64,000 bases of DNA from Chitinophagaceae bacterium (GTDB lineage Bacteria > Bacteroidota > Bacteroidia > Chitinophagales > JADJOU01): positions 3,553 through 67,552 of the forward strand of contig JAFEIJ010000015.1 in NCBI GenBank assembly GCA_017495115.1. The letters run 5' to 3'. Under the pieces are notes generated by a model. That model saw only the letters and a program-made list of their open reading frames with translations. It did not search any database and was not told where the DNA came from. Below, piece by piece: positions 21,257-29,981 of this stretch. Each line of letters starts with the position of its first letter. Position 1 is the stretch's first letter. A program made the position numbers and the translations under genes.

Positions 21257-24200
21257 CTATTTAATCAAAGTTATATTTCCCTTTCCGATATAAGTTTCCC
21301 CACCTATACATTTCACATCCAAATAATACGAAAAAACGGAAGGCTCCATAGCTTTTCCTTTAAAAGTACCATCCCAGCCCACTTTTTGATTCTTAGTATC
21401 AAAAACTTTCTGCCCCCAACGGTCATAAATTGCAAAGTACATCGCTTCGATATTATTTCCTCTAACATACAAAATATCATTAACCGCATTTAAATTTGGT
21501 GTAAACCCAGAAGGAACAAAAATTTCGGGAGGTCCACAAAATTCATAAAAAACAGGTAGCGATATGGTATCGGTGCGTTTACATCCATAAATATCTTTGA
21601 GCGTTACACTGTATCTGGTTGTGGTATCTGGAAATGCAAGAGGATTAGGAACTCTAAAATTACTTAACGAATTTCTTGGACTCCATTCATAACTCACTGC
21701 CGAAGGCGCACCAAGAGCAAACAACTGAGCGGTATCGCCATACTCTAATTTTTCGGGCTGCACTTCTAATTTTAAATTATCTAAAATTCTACTGTGATCA
21801 ATCGAAATTGTATCTGAATAACTACATTTAGCAAAACCTCCGGTTAAATTTATTTTACAAATATATTCGGTTTGGGCTTTTAATATATATTTTACAAGCG
21901 TATCCCGATTTTCGACCCAATTAGTTGGACTCCAAACATATTGATAATTTGGATTATAATTGGCTTTAATAACCACCGTATCCCCAAGACAAGCTATAGG
22001 ATTTGCGGATAAATTAATAGAATTCGTATCTTTAACTATAAATATTGAATCAACCACTTGGCATCCTTTTAATGGCAAACGAGCCGTTACATAAAACATC
22101 GTAGATTTATTAGTAAAAGCTGAAATCGAATCCGTTCCTTGACCTTCAATTATTACATTTTGTGGCTGCCAGTTATATGTTACTAATGGTAAATAAATAG
22201 CTTTTATGCCTAAAGTATCTCTACTACAACTTATAGTATCCGTTGTTGAAATATTAAAACTATTTGAATTTAAAACATTTACTTTAAACGTATCAAAAAT
22301 ACTACATCCAATATTTAAGCGAACCTCAAGAAAATTCCTAAACGAATTTGCTCCTTTTACTACTACCGAAGAACCGCCATTGGCACTTACAAATGTACCT
22401 TCGGAACTCCAAATATATTGTGCTCCATTAATTGCAGAGGCATTTATAAAGGCATCCTCATTTTCACATACTGTAGAATCTCCAGACAATTTAAGTAAAT
22501 CTTGTGGAATTCGTACAAAGACAGAATCGAAATAAATACAACCTTTACCATCATTTAAAGTTAAATAAAAATATCTTGAAGTATCGGTTTTAAATGACGC
22601 TGTGGTATCGTTGGCTTGAATAAGAAGATTTTGCGGAGACCAAGAATATGAAAATCCTGGAATTCTGTTAGCGAATATCCTACTGATGCTATCTTTACAT
22701 TTTAAAGTATCGGCCACCAATTTAAGATAATCTTTAATATACCATATTTTTATAGAATCTATCGAAGCACATTGCGGTCGATTAATCAAATTTGAAAATA
22801 TATAAATCGTATTTGAATTATTTTTAAAATCAAACTGAGCAGGATTAGAACCTTGATTGGAAACTAAAAATTGCTGCGGTTGCCACTGAAAAGTCCATCG
22901 ATTTGATGTATTTATATTTGCTAGGGCTACTTGATCATTACATAAAAATGGAAATGCGTTCAGATTAACGGCGTCATTAAGAATTTTAGTTTTAAGCGTA
23001 TCAGTAGCGCGGCATCTTGGATTAACCGTGTATTGTACTACATAATTCTGAGTAGAATCAAAACGATGTTTTGAAGTAGTATTTAAATTTTGAATCAATA
23101 AATTATTTGGAATAAATAAAAATGAGCCTCCTTTTGGGGCATATTGATGGGAAATATTTATCGTATCGCCTTTGCAAAATATAGAATCCGAAACTAATTT
23201 TAGCGAAGCATTATTTATGATATTTAACGACAAGGAATCCTTTGAAAGACAATTAAATTCGGATACATAATCCAAATAAATTTTAGTTGGATTTGTTGTT
23301 ATAAAAAAAGTAACCGTATCTCGATTTTCAAAAACTAAATTGGAAGCTGGGCGCCAATTGTATGTCCCCGAATCGTATTTATTGGCTGAAAGACCGCGTT
23401 GCATTTGTAAACAAACCGTTGCATCTCCGTTAATTTTAAGTGGCAATTTTGACCCTATTTTTATTGGAAAAATAAAGGTGTCTTGGCAACCATTTTTTGT
23501 AATTATAGCTTGATAAGTCCTTGAAACCGATGGATTAATTATGGGATAAAAACGATCTATTGAAATATTCAATTCGGTCGTCGGTGACCATACAATTTGC
23601 GAAGTACTATCTTTAATATTTTGAAAGCCAATATTTTTAGTTTCAAATTGACAAGACTTCAACGTATCTTGAATATGTTTTTTATTACTCAAAACCAAAA
23701 CGTCTTTTTCAACGCTATCAAGGATACGACAATTGAGACTATCAAAAGCGATTAGCATAATTTTATATACTCCAGAATTGGCAAAAGTATGTGTTGGGTT
23801 TTTTTGAGAGCTTGTCGTTCCATCACCAAAATTCCAAGTATATTTGGTGAATGCCGTTTGATTTAAGGTTTTATTTGTAAATAAAATTGGACTCAAAATA
23901 CATCTAATTTCATTATCAAAATCCGCCGTTAATAATTGAGAACTATCTACTAAATTGACATAAACACTATCTAAAACAAAACAAGCATTCGAATCGATAA
24001 TTTGAACATAAATCCATTGTGTATTTTTTACTCGAAGTTTAGCTAAAGACTGATTAGCGCCCGAAATAATATCTACTGCCGGGAACCATTGATATGTTGC
24101 TTTTGCTATTGCCGTTGTTTGTAAATCGACGGTATCGCCAAAACAATAAAAACTATCCGTTTTGGTTTGAATCAAATTATTAAATACTTGAGCAAAAAAG

Positions 24201-27200
24201 GAATCTCTAACGACACATCCCGAATTATCCGTAATGGTTAAAAAGTAAAAACGAGACGTATCCGCTCTAAAATTAACTTTTTCACGATTTTGACTTACAA
24301 TTTTATTAGAAGGCGTCCAACTGTAGTTGACATTACTAAATGGAAAAGATTCGAGGCGTACCAAACTATCTTTACATTGAATCGGATTTCCTTTGATTTT
24401 GATATGATTATTAATATATCTAACAAAAGCAGAATCTGAAAATTGACATGAAGGTCTTGATTTTAAAGTGGCCTGAACTTTTACAAACTGATCGGTATTT
24501 TGTAAATCAAAAACCGCATTTGCCGTATTCTGTCCCGAAACCAATCGAAGATTGGGTTGCCAATTGATATTATAAGCAGATGCATTTAAAACAGTAGCAG
24601 TAACTTGGTTATTAAAACAAATCGACGAATCAATATTCCAATTAAAGTGATCTTTTACCAAAGTTACGCGAATTGAATCTTGGGCTTCGCAAAGACCACC
24701 TAATGAAACTTTAATTTTAAAAAATCGCGTCGTATCAATTTTTACATTAAAATTATTCCCTGTATTGCTCAAAACTAAATTTGATGGGCTAAGTTGAAAT
24801 GTAGGATTAGACACATTTGTCGTTACGTTAAAAACTAGATTTTCGTCTAAACATGCCAATGTATCCGCAGATAATTTTACTTGAGGATTTAGTATTTTTA
24901 AGTTTTTTATAGCCGAACTGATACATCCACCAGCACTGGTATAAACTACTGAAATCGATGTATTTTGGGAAATTAAAAATACAGCCGTATCTCTATTTGA
25001 CGAAATTAAGGCATTTGACGGTTGCCAAGAATAATTACCTGCAGTATATTTAGTAGCAAAAAACGAATTATTGGTACCTGCACAAACCGAATCAGGGCCA
25101 TTAATTGTAAGTGGAAATGGCGTTTGAACAACCACTCTTTGAATAAATGTATCAATACAATTTCCTTTTATAATAATGGCCCTATACAATGTGGTTGTAT
25201 TGGGAGAAGCATATGGCGCCAAAATATTAGGGTCATCAATTGTGGCAGTTGGTGTCCAAGCAATTGAAATATTTGGATCCGTTACATTTGTAAATCCGAT
25301 TCGTACGGAATTGCCATTACATACAAATTTATCAGGTAACGTATCTTTTGAAAATCCGAGAACTAATACATTTTTGATAACCGTATCCGAAAAATTACAC
25401 GATGTTGAATCTGTTACAATCAAGCGAACCGTGTATTGCCCAGGATTATTATAAAAATTTGTTGGATTTTTAAGATTCGACGTATTTCCATTTCCAAAAT
25501 TCCATTGATACGTCGGATTACTCCCAACGGTATGGCTAAGATTGGTAAACTGAATATTACCAGGAGCACAATCGGTATTTGATGCAAAATTGGCTTTTAC
25601 GGGTAATCCAAAATCAAATTTAAAGACACCTAAATTACAATTTGGGTTAGCGGTTCCTATCGTTCCATTTGTAGGGCCTACGACATTAGCAGGAGTAATC
25701 GGGAAATTATTTTGCCCACCACAACCAGCACAAACCGCATGATAAACGATTCCATTTTTATCAAATCGGCTTGTTCCGCCGTCTACATGTTCTCTGGATT
25801 GAATGGTAGTTCCACCAAAAAACGTTCCATAGTGCAATTGACTTAAATCGCCCTCAAGAATCATCATATAGAATCCTGAATTATTGGCCGTTGTCGCTTG
25901 AAACGCATTTGCAGTTGTAGGAAGTCCTGCCACACTGAGCGCAAATTGACTACTGCCTGCGCCCAAATTACTTCCCCATCCAGTTATAAAAATTTTATTA
26001 CAATAATCTACTAAAAAAGCAGTTGGCGAAATATCGGGATTTTGATTTCCAGCACCAAAAGTAGTCGAACGAATCTTAGACGTCGCATTTTGATTTAAAA
26101 CCGATATAAATTGTCCTTGATTAGGATTTGAAAACGTGGCATTAAGCAAATAATAATTCGAACCCGTGTGGGAAGTTTGACCAAATAGATTAATTTGATT
26201 GGAATCATTCAATTCCACAAAATAAATTTGATCATAATCTGATGTGCCATAATACGAAGCAAATAAGCGCGTTGACATTGCGTTGTTAAATCCGACTATA
26301 AATCCATCCGTATTGCCACTATAACTTGGATTAACTGCACCTGAAGTGGTGCTCAAATTCGAAGACATCGTCCCTCCTACTGCTACAATATTGTAATTAT
26401 TATCTAAACTAATATCATAAATCGCATCGTCATTCGTACCTCCAAAATAAGTACAAAACAATAAATTAGAAAGATTTGTATTAAATTTAGCTATCAATCC
26501 GTCAGACAATCCCGAAACATTTTGCTGAAAAGATGAGGTTGTTGTTGGAATATTTACAGAGGTTGTTGTTGAAGCGATATAAACATTATCCAATGAATCC
26601 ACTAAAATTTCACCACGTATTCCATCGCCATAATTAACGACCAAACCCGAAACGCCAATCCCATCCGTTCCCGATCCTCCAAAAAATGTAGAACCTATCA
26701 ATACATTTCCGGCTGCGTTAAACTTTGTAATGGCTATATCCGCACCATTAGGGTAAGCGATTCCAAGACCTTGGAGCGATGGAATTCCAGTAAGTGGAAC
26801 GCCACCATTAAATGTTCGATCATAGCCTAAAGTTGTGGTTGGATAATTTGTCGAACTGGTTGAAGCCAGCATTAAAAGTCGATTATTTTGATCTACAATT
26901 AAACTATGCGGAATATCATAACTCGAACCACCAATATACGTGGAGTAAATACGCGACGTACCATTTTGATTAAATTTAGTAATTCCGATATCCGAACTTC
27001 CTAAAAAAGCAGATTGATACGCGCCAAGTGTAATTGGATAACCGACACCAAAAACCATTCCCGCACCATATAAATTCCCTAAATAATCATACGTAGCCGT
27101 AGTTCCAAAATTATCGCCCAATGAACCGCTAAACGTACTAAAAATAATTTCTGGATCAATCTCCAAAACTTGATCAGGCTCTAATCGATAATCTGCAATG

Positions 27201-27865
27201 TTAAATGAAATCAAATTGTCGTTTAAAACATAACTCGAAGGAATGTCCAATTTTTGTGCATTTGATTTTATAAACGAAACGGGTTTTAAATCTGTGCTGT
27301 AGCCTATTTTTAAGCGACTCAACAAATTTCCAGCAGGATCTAATTGTAGATGATCAATCCCTACATATTCCAATTGAATATCTTCTACGTGAGCACCTGG
27401 CTTTAGAATAAAAGCATATTTAGGCCTACCGGCATAAGATTCAAGACGCAGATCGATATTCGGATAAATATTGAAATAGGTAATCACCTCAAACGCCTTA
27501 CAATCGCCTTTCCATTTGGTAGAATCATCCCCAATAAAATAGTTGTAATAATTAGGGAAAACACCGCTCGATTTTACTACCGAATTTGGATTAGCATTTT
27601 TAAAAACAATTTGATAGGCGTGTCCTTTTAATGTTTGATTTTGATTAGAAAACTGATGACGATCGGGGGATTTTATCAAATGAAACGTAAAACGGTCTTT
27701 CTCTATAAAAAAAGCACCATCACTTAACGTCGCTTTATAAAGTACCTGAGGCTCCCATTGACCTTTATTTTGGATATACTCCAAATCTTGATGATTCAAA
27801 TGTCCATATATTGAAATTTGAGAAATCCATAAAAATAAAAAGATTGTCATCCATCTATATGACAT
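21257..27865 (-). CDS. giant T9SS-secreted surface protein (SBBP beta-propeller repeats + PKD + Ig-like repeats + type B sorting domain)
   Basis: 2202 aa with a signal peptide. The N-terminal third has repeated Y/F.GG...D motifs (SBBP repeats). There are two PKD-like modules (W.FG.G.TS..KNPT..F...G.Y.V.L) and more than 15 Ig-like modules with the Y.W.P motif. The C-terminal FTPN...ND.......I......IYDRWGQKVF...GWDG is the gliding-motility-associated / T9SS type B CTD. Confidence 0.85.
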   Translation of the reverse strand: MSYRWMTIFLFLWISQISIYGHLNHQDLEYIQNKGQWEPQVLYKATLSDGAFFIEKDRFTFHLIKSPDRHQFSNQNQTLKGHAYQIVFKNANPNSVVKSSGVFPNYYNYFIGDDSTKWKGDCKAFEVITYFNIYPNIDLRLESYAGRPKYAFILKPGAHVEDIQLEYVGIDHLQLDPAGNLLSRLKIGYSTDLKPVSFIKSNAQKLDIPSSYVLNDNLISFNIADYRLEPDQVLEIDPEIIFSTFSGSLGDNFGTTATYDYLGNLYGAGMVFGVGYPITLGAYQSAFLGSSDIGITKFNQNGTSRIYSTYIGGSSYDIPHSLIVDQNNRLLMLASTSSTNYPTTTLGYDRTFNGGVPLTGIPSLQGLGIAYPNGADIAITKFNAAGNVLIGSTFFGGSGTDGIGVSGLVVNYGDGIRGEILVDSLDNVYIASTTTSVNIPTTTSSFQQNVSGLSDGLIAKFNTNLSNLLFCTYFGGTNDDAIYDISLDNNYNIVAVGGTMSSNLSTTSGAVNPSYSGNTDGFIVGFNNAMSTRLFASYYGTSDYDQIYFVELNDSNQINLFGQTSHTGSNYYLLNATFSNPNQGQFISVLNQNATSKIRSTTFGAGNQNPDISPTAFLVDYCNKIFITGWGSNLGAGSSQFALSVAGLPTTANAFQATTANNSGFYMMILEGDLSQLHYGTFFGGTTIQSREHVDGGTSRFDKNGIVYHAVCAGCGGQNNFPITPANVVGPTNGTIGTANPNCNLGVFKFDFGLPVKANFASNTDCAPGNIQFTNLSHTVGSNPTYQWNFGNGNTSNLKNPTNFYNNPGQYTVRLIVTDSTSCNFSDTVIKNVLVLGFSKDTLPDKFVCNGNSVRIGFTNVTDPNISIAWTPTATIDDPNILAPYASPNTTTLYRAIIIKGNCIDTFIQRVVVQTPFPLTINGPDSVCAGTNNSFFATKYTAGNYSWQPSNALISSNRDTAVFLISQNTSISVVYTSAGGCISSAIKNLKILNPQVKLSADTLACLDENLVFNVTTNVSNPTFQLSPSNLVLSNTGNNFNVKIDTTRFFKIKVSLGGLCEAQDSIRVTLVKDHFNWNIDSSICFNNQVTATVLNASAYNINWQPNLRLVSGQNTANAVFDLQNTDQFVKVQATLKSRPSCQFSDSAFVRYINNHIKIKGNPIQCKDSLVRLESFPFSNVNYSWTPSNKIVSQNREKVNFRADTSRFYFLTITDNSGCVVRDSFFAQVFNNLIQTKTDSFYCFGDTVDLQTTAIAKATYQWFPAVDIISGANQSLAKLRVKNTQWIYVQIIDSNACFVLDSVYVNLVDSSQLLTADFDNEIRCILSPILFTNKTLNQTAFTKYTWNFGDGTTSSQKNPTHTFANSGVYKIMLIAFDSLNCRILDSVEKDVLVLSNKKHIQDTLKSCQFETKNIGFQNIKDSTSQIVWSPTTELNISIDRFYPIINPSVSRTYQAIITKNGCQDTFIFPIKIGSKLPLKINGDATVCLQMQRGLSANKYDSGTYNWRPASNLVFENRDTVTFFITTNPTKIYLDYVSEFNCLSKDSLSLNIINNASLKLVSDSIFCKGDTINISHQYAPKGGSFLFIPNNLLIQNLNTTSKHRFDSTQNYVVQYTVNPRCRATDTLKTKILNDAVNLNAFPFLCNDQVALANINTSNRWTFQWQPQQFLVSNQGSNPAQFDFKNNSNTIYIFSNLINRPQCASIDSIKIWYIKDYLKLVADTLKCKDSISRIFANRIPGFSYSWSPQNLLIQANDTTASFKTDTSRYFYLTLNDGKGCIYFDSVFVRIPQDLLKLSGDSTVCENEDAFINASAINGAQYIWSSEGTFVSANGGSSVVVKGANSFRNFLEVRLNIGCSIFDTFKVNVLNSNSFNISTTDTISCSRDTLGIKAIYLPLVTYNWQPQNVIIEGQGTDSISAFTNKSTMFYVTARLPLKGCQVVDSIFIVKDTNSINLSANPIACLGDTVVIKANYNPNYQYVWSPTNWVENRDTLVKYILKAQTEYICKINLTGGFAKCSYSDTISIDHSRILDNLKLEVQPEKLEYGDTAQLFALGAPSAVSYEWSPRNSLSNFRVPNPLAFPDTTTRYSVTLKDIYGCKRTDTISLPVFYEFCGPPEIFVPSGFTPNLNAVNDILYVRGNNIEAMYFAIYDRWGQKVFDTKNQKVGWDGTFKGKAMEPSVFSYYLDVKCIGGETYIGKGNITLIK

Positions 27866-27979
27866 ATATCATCTTGTATTTCAATAAAGTGCCAACAAAT
27901 ATACAAAAAAACAATTATCAATAAACTAAATTCTTTAAAGTTCTCAACCTAGACTTAGTATGTCGTCTTTTCGTTGTAA

Positions 27980-28042
27980 TTAAACCCAAATTACGCATTA
28001 GATTAATATGAAGTAATAAAATAAGGCGTTAGTTGGGTTTAA
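27980..28042. repeat. imperfect inverted repeat (17-nt arms, 29-nt spacer) upstream of the giant adhesin gene
   Basis: TTAAACCCAAATTACGC (27980-27996) pairs with GCGTTAGTTGGGTTTAA (28026-28042) at 15 of 17 positions. Confidence 0.7.
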
Positions 28043-28101
28043 CCCCGTAAATGGATTGTTTCAGTCAATGTTAAATTGATTGAATTACAAGACATTATAC
28101 G

Positions 28102-28124
28102 ATTAATCATTTTAAATGATTAAT
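28102..28124. repeat. perfect 23-bp palindrome ATTAATCATTT-T-AAATGATTAAT
   Basis: 11-nt arms around a single central T, read directly from the sequence. Confidence 0.8.
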
Positions 28125-28149
28125 TTGGGATAAAATTATTGTTATTTTT

Positions 28150-28236
28150 GGGCGTGCCCCAATGGGTCGGGCTATTCGCTTCTACGCCTCGCTCCACGGC
28201 GTTTCGCTGCGGGGTATCCGCTGCTATCCCTCACGC
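28150..28236 (+). repeat. GC-rich intergenic repeat element (two related half-units GGGCTATTCGCTTCTA / GGGTATCCGCTGCTATCCCTCACGC)
   Basis: About 87 nt at roughly 65% G+C in a ~30% G+C genome. The ...GGrTaTCCGCTnCTATCCCTCACGC end resembles dispersed intergenic repeats I recall from flavobacterial genomes. There is only one copy in this window. Confidence 0.5.
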
Positions 28237-28272
28237 AAATTTTATGCATGGTAATTGAAAAAAGTTTTTGAA

Positions 28273-28313
28273 CATCCTCGTTACCGCTTACGCTAAAACG
28301 AGGACGAGGGGGG
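28273..28313 (-). repeat. GC-rich hairpin element D1 (CATCCTCGT..ACGAGGACGAG + G6)
   Basis: Stem TCCTCGT/ACGAGGA. About 30 of 36 nt are identical to the reverse complement of 46023-46057. It lies ~20 nt downstream (minus strand) of the 164-aa ORF stop. Confidence 0.7.
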
Positions 28314-28332
28314 TGTTTAAATCAATACTCTT

Positions 28333-28827
28333 TTATTTTCTACAACAAGGAAAGTAAAGACTATAATCGGAAGCTCCCGAACTTTTCTTGTCACAGTAGT
28401 TGTAACTTAAAATTGTAGTATGTCTTCTGCGGGAACAATTATATTTTTCTTGAACATTAATTTTAATTGTATCACAATTGAAATTTCCTAATTTCTCCTT
28501 TACACATATTTTGAATTTCTTTGAATAAATTACATATATAAAATAGGAAGTATCTAATTCCAATTTATTTTTTAATAAAATGCTTAATTCATTCATTCTC
28601 TCATTATTTAAATTGTAGACTATAATAGAATCAATTTTCGCCTCTTTGTTTCTGTATTTTAAAGTCCAATTTTGTGAATTTAATTTATTAATGAATATAC
28701 AAAATGAAAGTAATAATATTAAAAAATTAGCTACTTTCCCCTTTAGCGCAAGAATGCTAGTGCTGTTATTTAAATCTAAAAATAAAGATTTTAAAGCCAT
28801 TTGTTTTATTTTCGTGTTTAATGACAA
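28333..28827 (-). CDS. hypothetical secreted / membrane-anchored Cys-rich protein
   Basis: 164-aa ORF with a hydrophobic segment VANFLILLLSFCIFI. The C-terminal 50 aa carry 6 Cys and end in FPCCRK. No family recognised, and the start is uncertain (M1 or M11). Confidence 0.35.
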   Translation of the reverse strand: MSLNTKIKQMALKSLFLDLNNSTSILALKGKVANFLILLLSFCIFINKLNSQNWTLKYRNKEAKIDSIIVYNLNNERMNELSILLKNKLELDTSYFIYVIYSKKFKICVKEKLGNFNCDTIKINVQEKYNCSRRRHTTILSYNYCDKKSSGASDYSLYFPCCRK

Positions 28828-29018
28828 AGATAAGGAAATTTAAGGATTGAGTTATAAATTTTTAATAAGTCAAAAGCAACGTTTATACTTCGCTAATGCT
28901 AGCGGCAAGTGGAGAGGAAACGAAGATTGGACTATTTGCTTTTGTGAACGATTAGTGCACTGCATCAATTCCAATTTAGAAAATACTAAAAAAAAGTAGT
29001 GTTTTATATTTCAATTCG

Positions 29019-29026
29019 TATTTTTG
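29019..29026 (+). promoter_or_regulatory. -7 box TATTTTTG (toxin-antitoxin operon)
   Basis: 21 nt before ATG 29048. Confidence 0.5.
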
Positions 29027-29047
29027 TAAAACTAAATCTGTTTCAAT

Positions 29048-29299
29048 ATGGATATTCATACAGAAAAATGTTCTATTATCAAACAAATATCTCAAATTGA
29101 GGACATTAACTCTTTAAAAGAGTTGAGATTTTTACTTTCTAGTTTTAAAATCACCTCGGAAGAAAATGAAACTTTGGAGGTACCCGAATGGCAAAAAGAA
29201 ATTGTTAGAAATCGATTAAAAGATGATCAAGATTCTTATTTAAATGCAAGTGAAGTACTTTTAAAATTAAGAAAAAAATATTCCGTTGACACATTATAA
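29048..29299 (+). CDS. type II antitoxin (addiction-module component, Unstab_antitox-like)
   Basis: 83 aa. The C-terminal EVPEWQKEIVRNRLKD......ASEVLLKLRKKY matches the pattern of addiction-module antitoxins paired with ParE/RelE toxins. It overlaps the toxin ORF by 14 nt. A TATTTTTG box lies 21 nt upstream. Confidence 0.6.
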   Translation: MDIHTEKCSIIKQISQIEDINSLKELRFLLSSFKITSEENETLEVPEWQKEIVRNRLKDDQDSYLNASEVLLKLRKKYSVDTL

Positions 29300-29582
29300 A
29301 ATCAAAGTAAAGTCAAGTGTTTTTAATGATTTAGACTTAATTTGTGAATATTACAATTCTTTAAACATTATTGGATTGACCCAGCGGTTTTTAGACGATT
29401 ATAGCGAAACCGTTGACATTTTAAGCATTTTTCCAAAATTTGAAATAAAATACGACAATATTCGTTTACTAAAATTTTCAAAATTCCCCTATCATATTCA
29501 TTTTCAAGTTGATGAGTCAATAAAAACCGTATTTATAATTGCTATAACTCATAGTTTTAAAGATTTAAAAATAAATCACTAA
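29286..29582 (+). CDS. type II toxin, RelE/ParE family
   Basis: 98 aa. Y.I......DL..I.EYY, then F...PY.I.F.VDE....V.I.AI.H, fits the ParE/RelE fold signature. The start codon is TTG, and it is translationally coupled to the antitoxin. Confidence 0.65.
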   Translation: MTHYKIKVKSSVFNDLDLICEYYNSLNIIGLTQRFLDDYSETVDILSIFPKFEIKYDNIRLLKFSKFPYHIHFQVDESIKTVFIIAITHSFKDLKINH

Positions 29583-29707
29583 GATAAATATTTAAGTAGC
29601 ATAAAGTCGATATTGTTTTATAATATCTAATCAAAATTAACATTTATCGAAACCGTTATAATGATTTCTTTGTTTTATAAACTCAAACTAACTAAAATTC
29701 CTCAAAA

Positions 29708-29782
29708 CTCCTCTCACGCTTCAAGCAAAGCGAGGGCGGTGTCCTTTCGCTTCAGACTTCGGAAAGAGTGAGGGGGGGGTGA
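29708..29782 (+). repeat. GC-rich structured element (closing stem CTCCTCTCAC / GTGAGGGGGG, two inner hairpins, G8 tract 29772-29779)
   Basis: The inner hairpin CCTCTCACGCTTCAAGCAAAGCGAGGG resembles D1. It shares the 3' end GAGGGGGG(GG)TG with 28304-28316. Confidence 0.6.
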
Positions 29783-29794
29783 AATTTAGATAAT

Positions 29795-29890
29795 AATACC
29801 TAAATTATCTTATATCTCAAATCTATTATCTCTTATCTTAGATATCATATCTATTATCCATTACCTCCTTTCCTCTTAGCTTTTTTTTTA
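29795..29890 (+). repeat. degenerate heptad tandem repeat (consensus CTnTTAT, ~10 units) running into a polypyrimidine tract
   Basis: In phase from 29809 the units read cttatat ctcaaat ctattat ctcttat cttagat atcatat ctattat ccattac ctccttt cctctta. ATCTATTATC occurs exactly twice (29821-29830, 29849-29858). By eye the plus strand here has only about three G in ~90 nt. Confidence 0.75.
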
Positions 29891-29959
29891 ATAAAGCCGA
29901 TTTCTTAAAAATTTGGGATGAGTTAATTACAAAAAAGTTTTCAATGATAAATTTGGTTT

Positions 29960-29967
29960 TATATTTG
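29960..29967 (+). promoter_or_regulatory. -7 box TATATTTG (DinB-family gene)
   Basis: 14 nt before ATG 29982. Confidence 0.55.
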
Positions 29968-29981
29968 CTAAAAATAAAAAA

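Noticed and set aside
28871-28970. Moderately GC-rich stretch between the Cys-rich ORF and the TA promoter containing AACGTTTAT, GCTAATGCTAGCGG and TTAGTGCAC. It might be a degenerate relative of elements A-C.
   Set aside because: I could only match short words (AAACGTT, TAGTGC) and could not build a convincing alignment or palindrome by hand.
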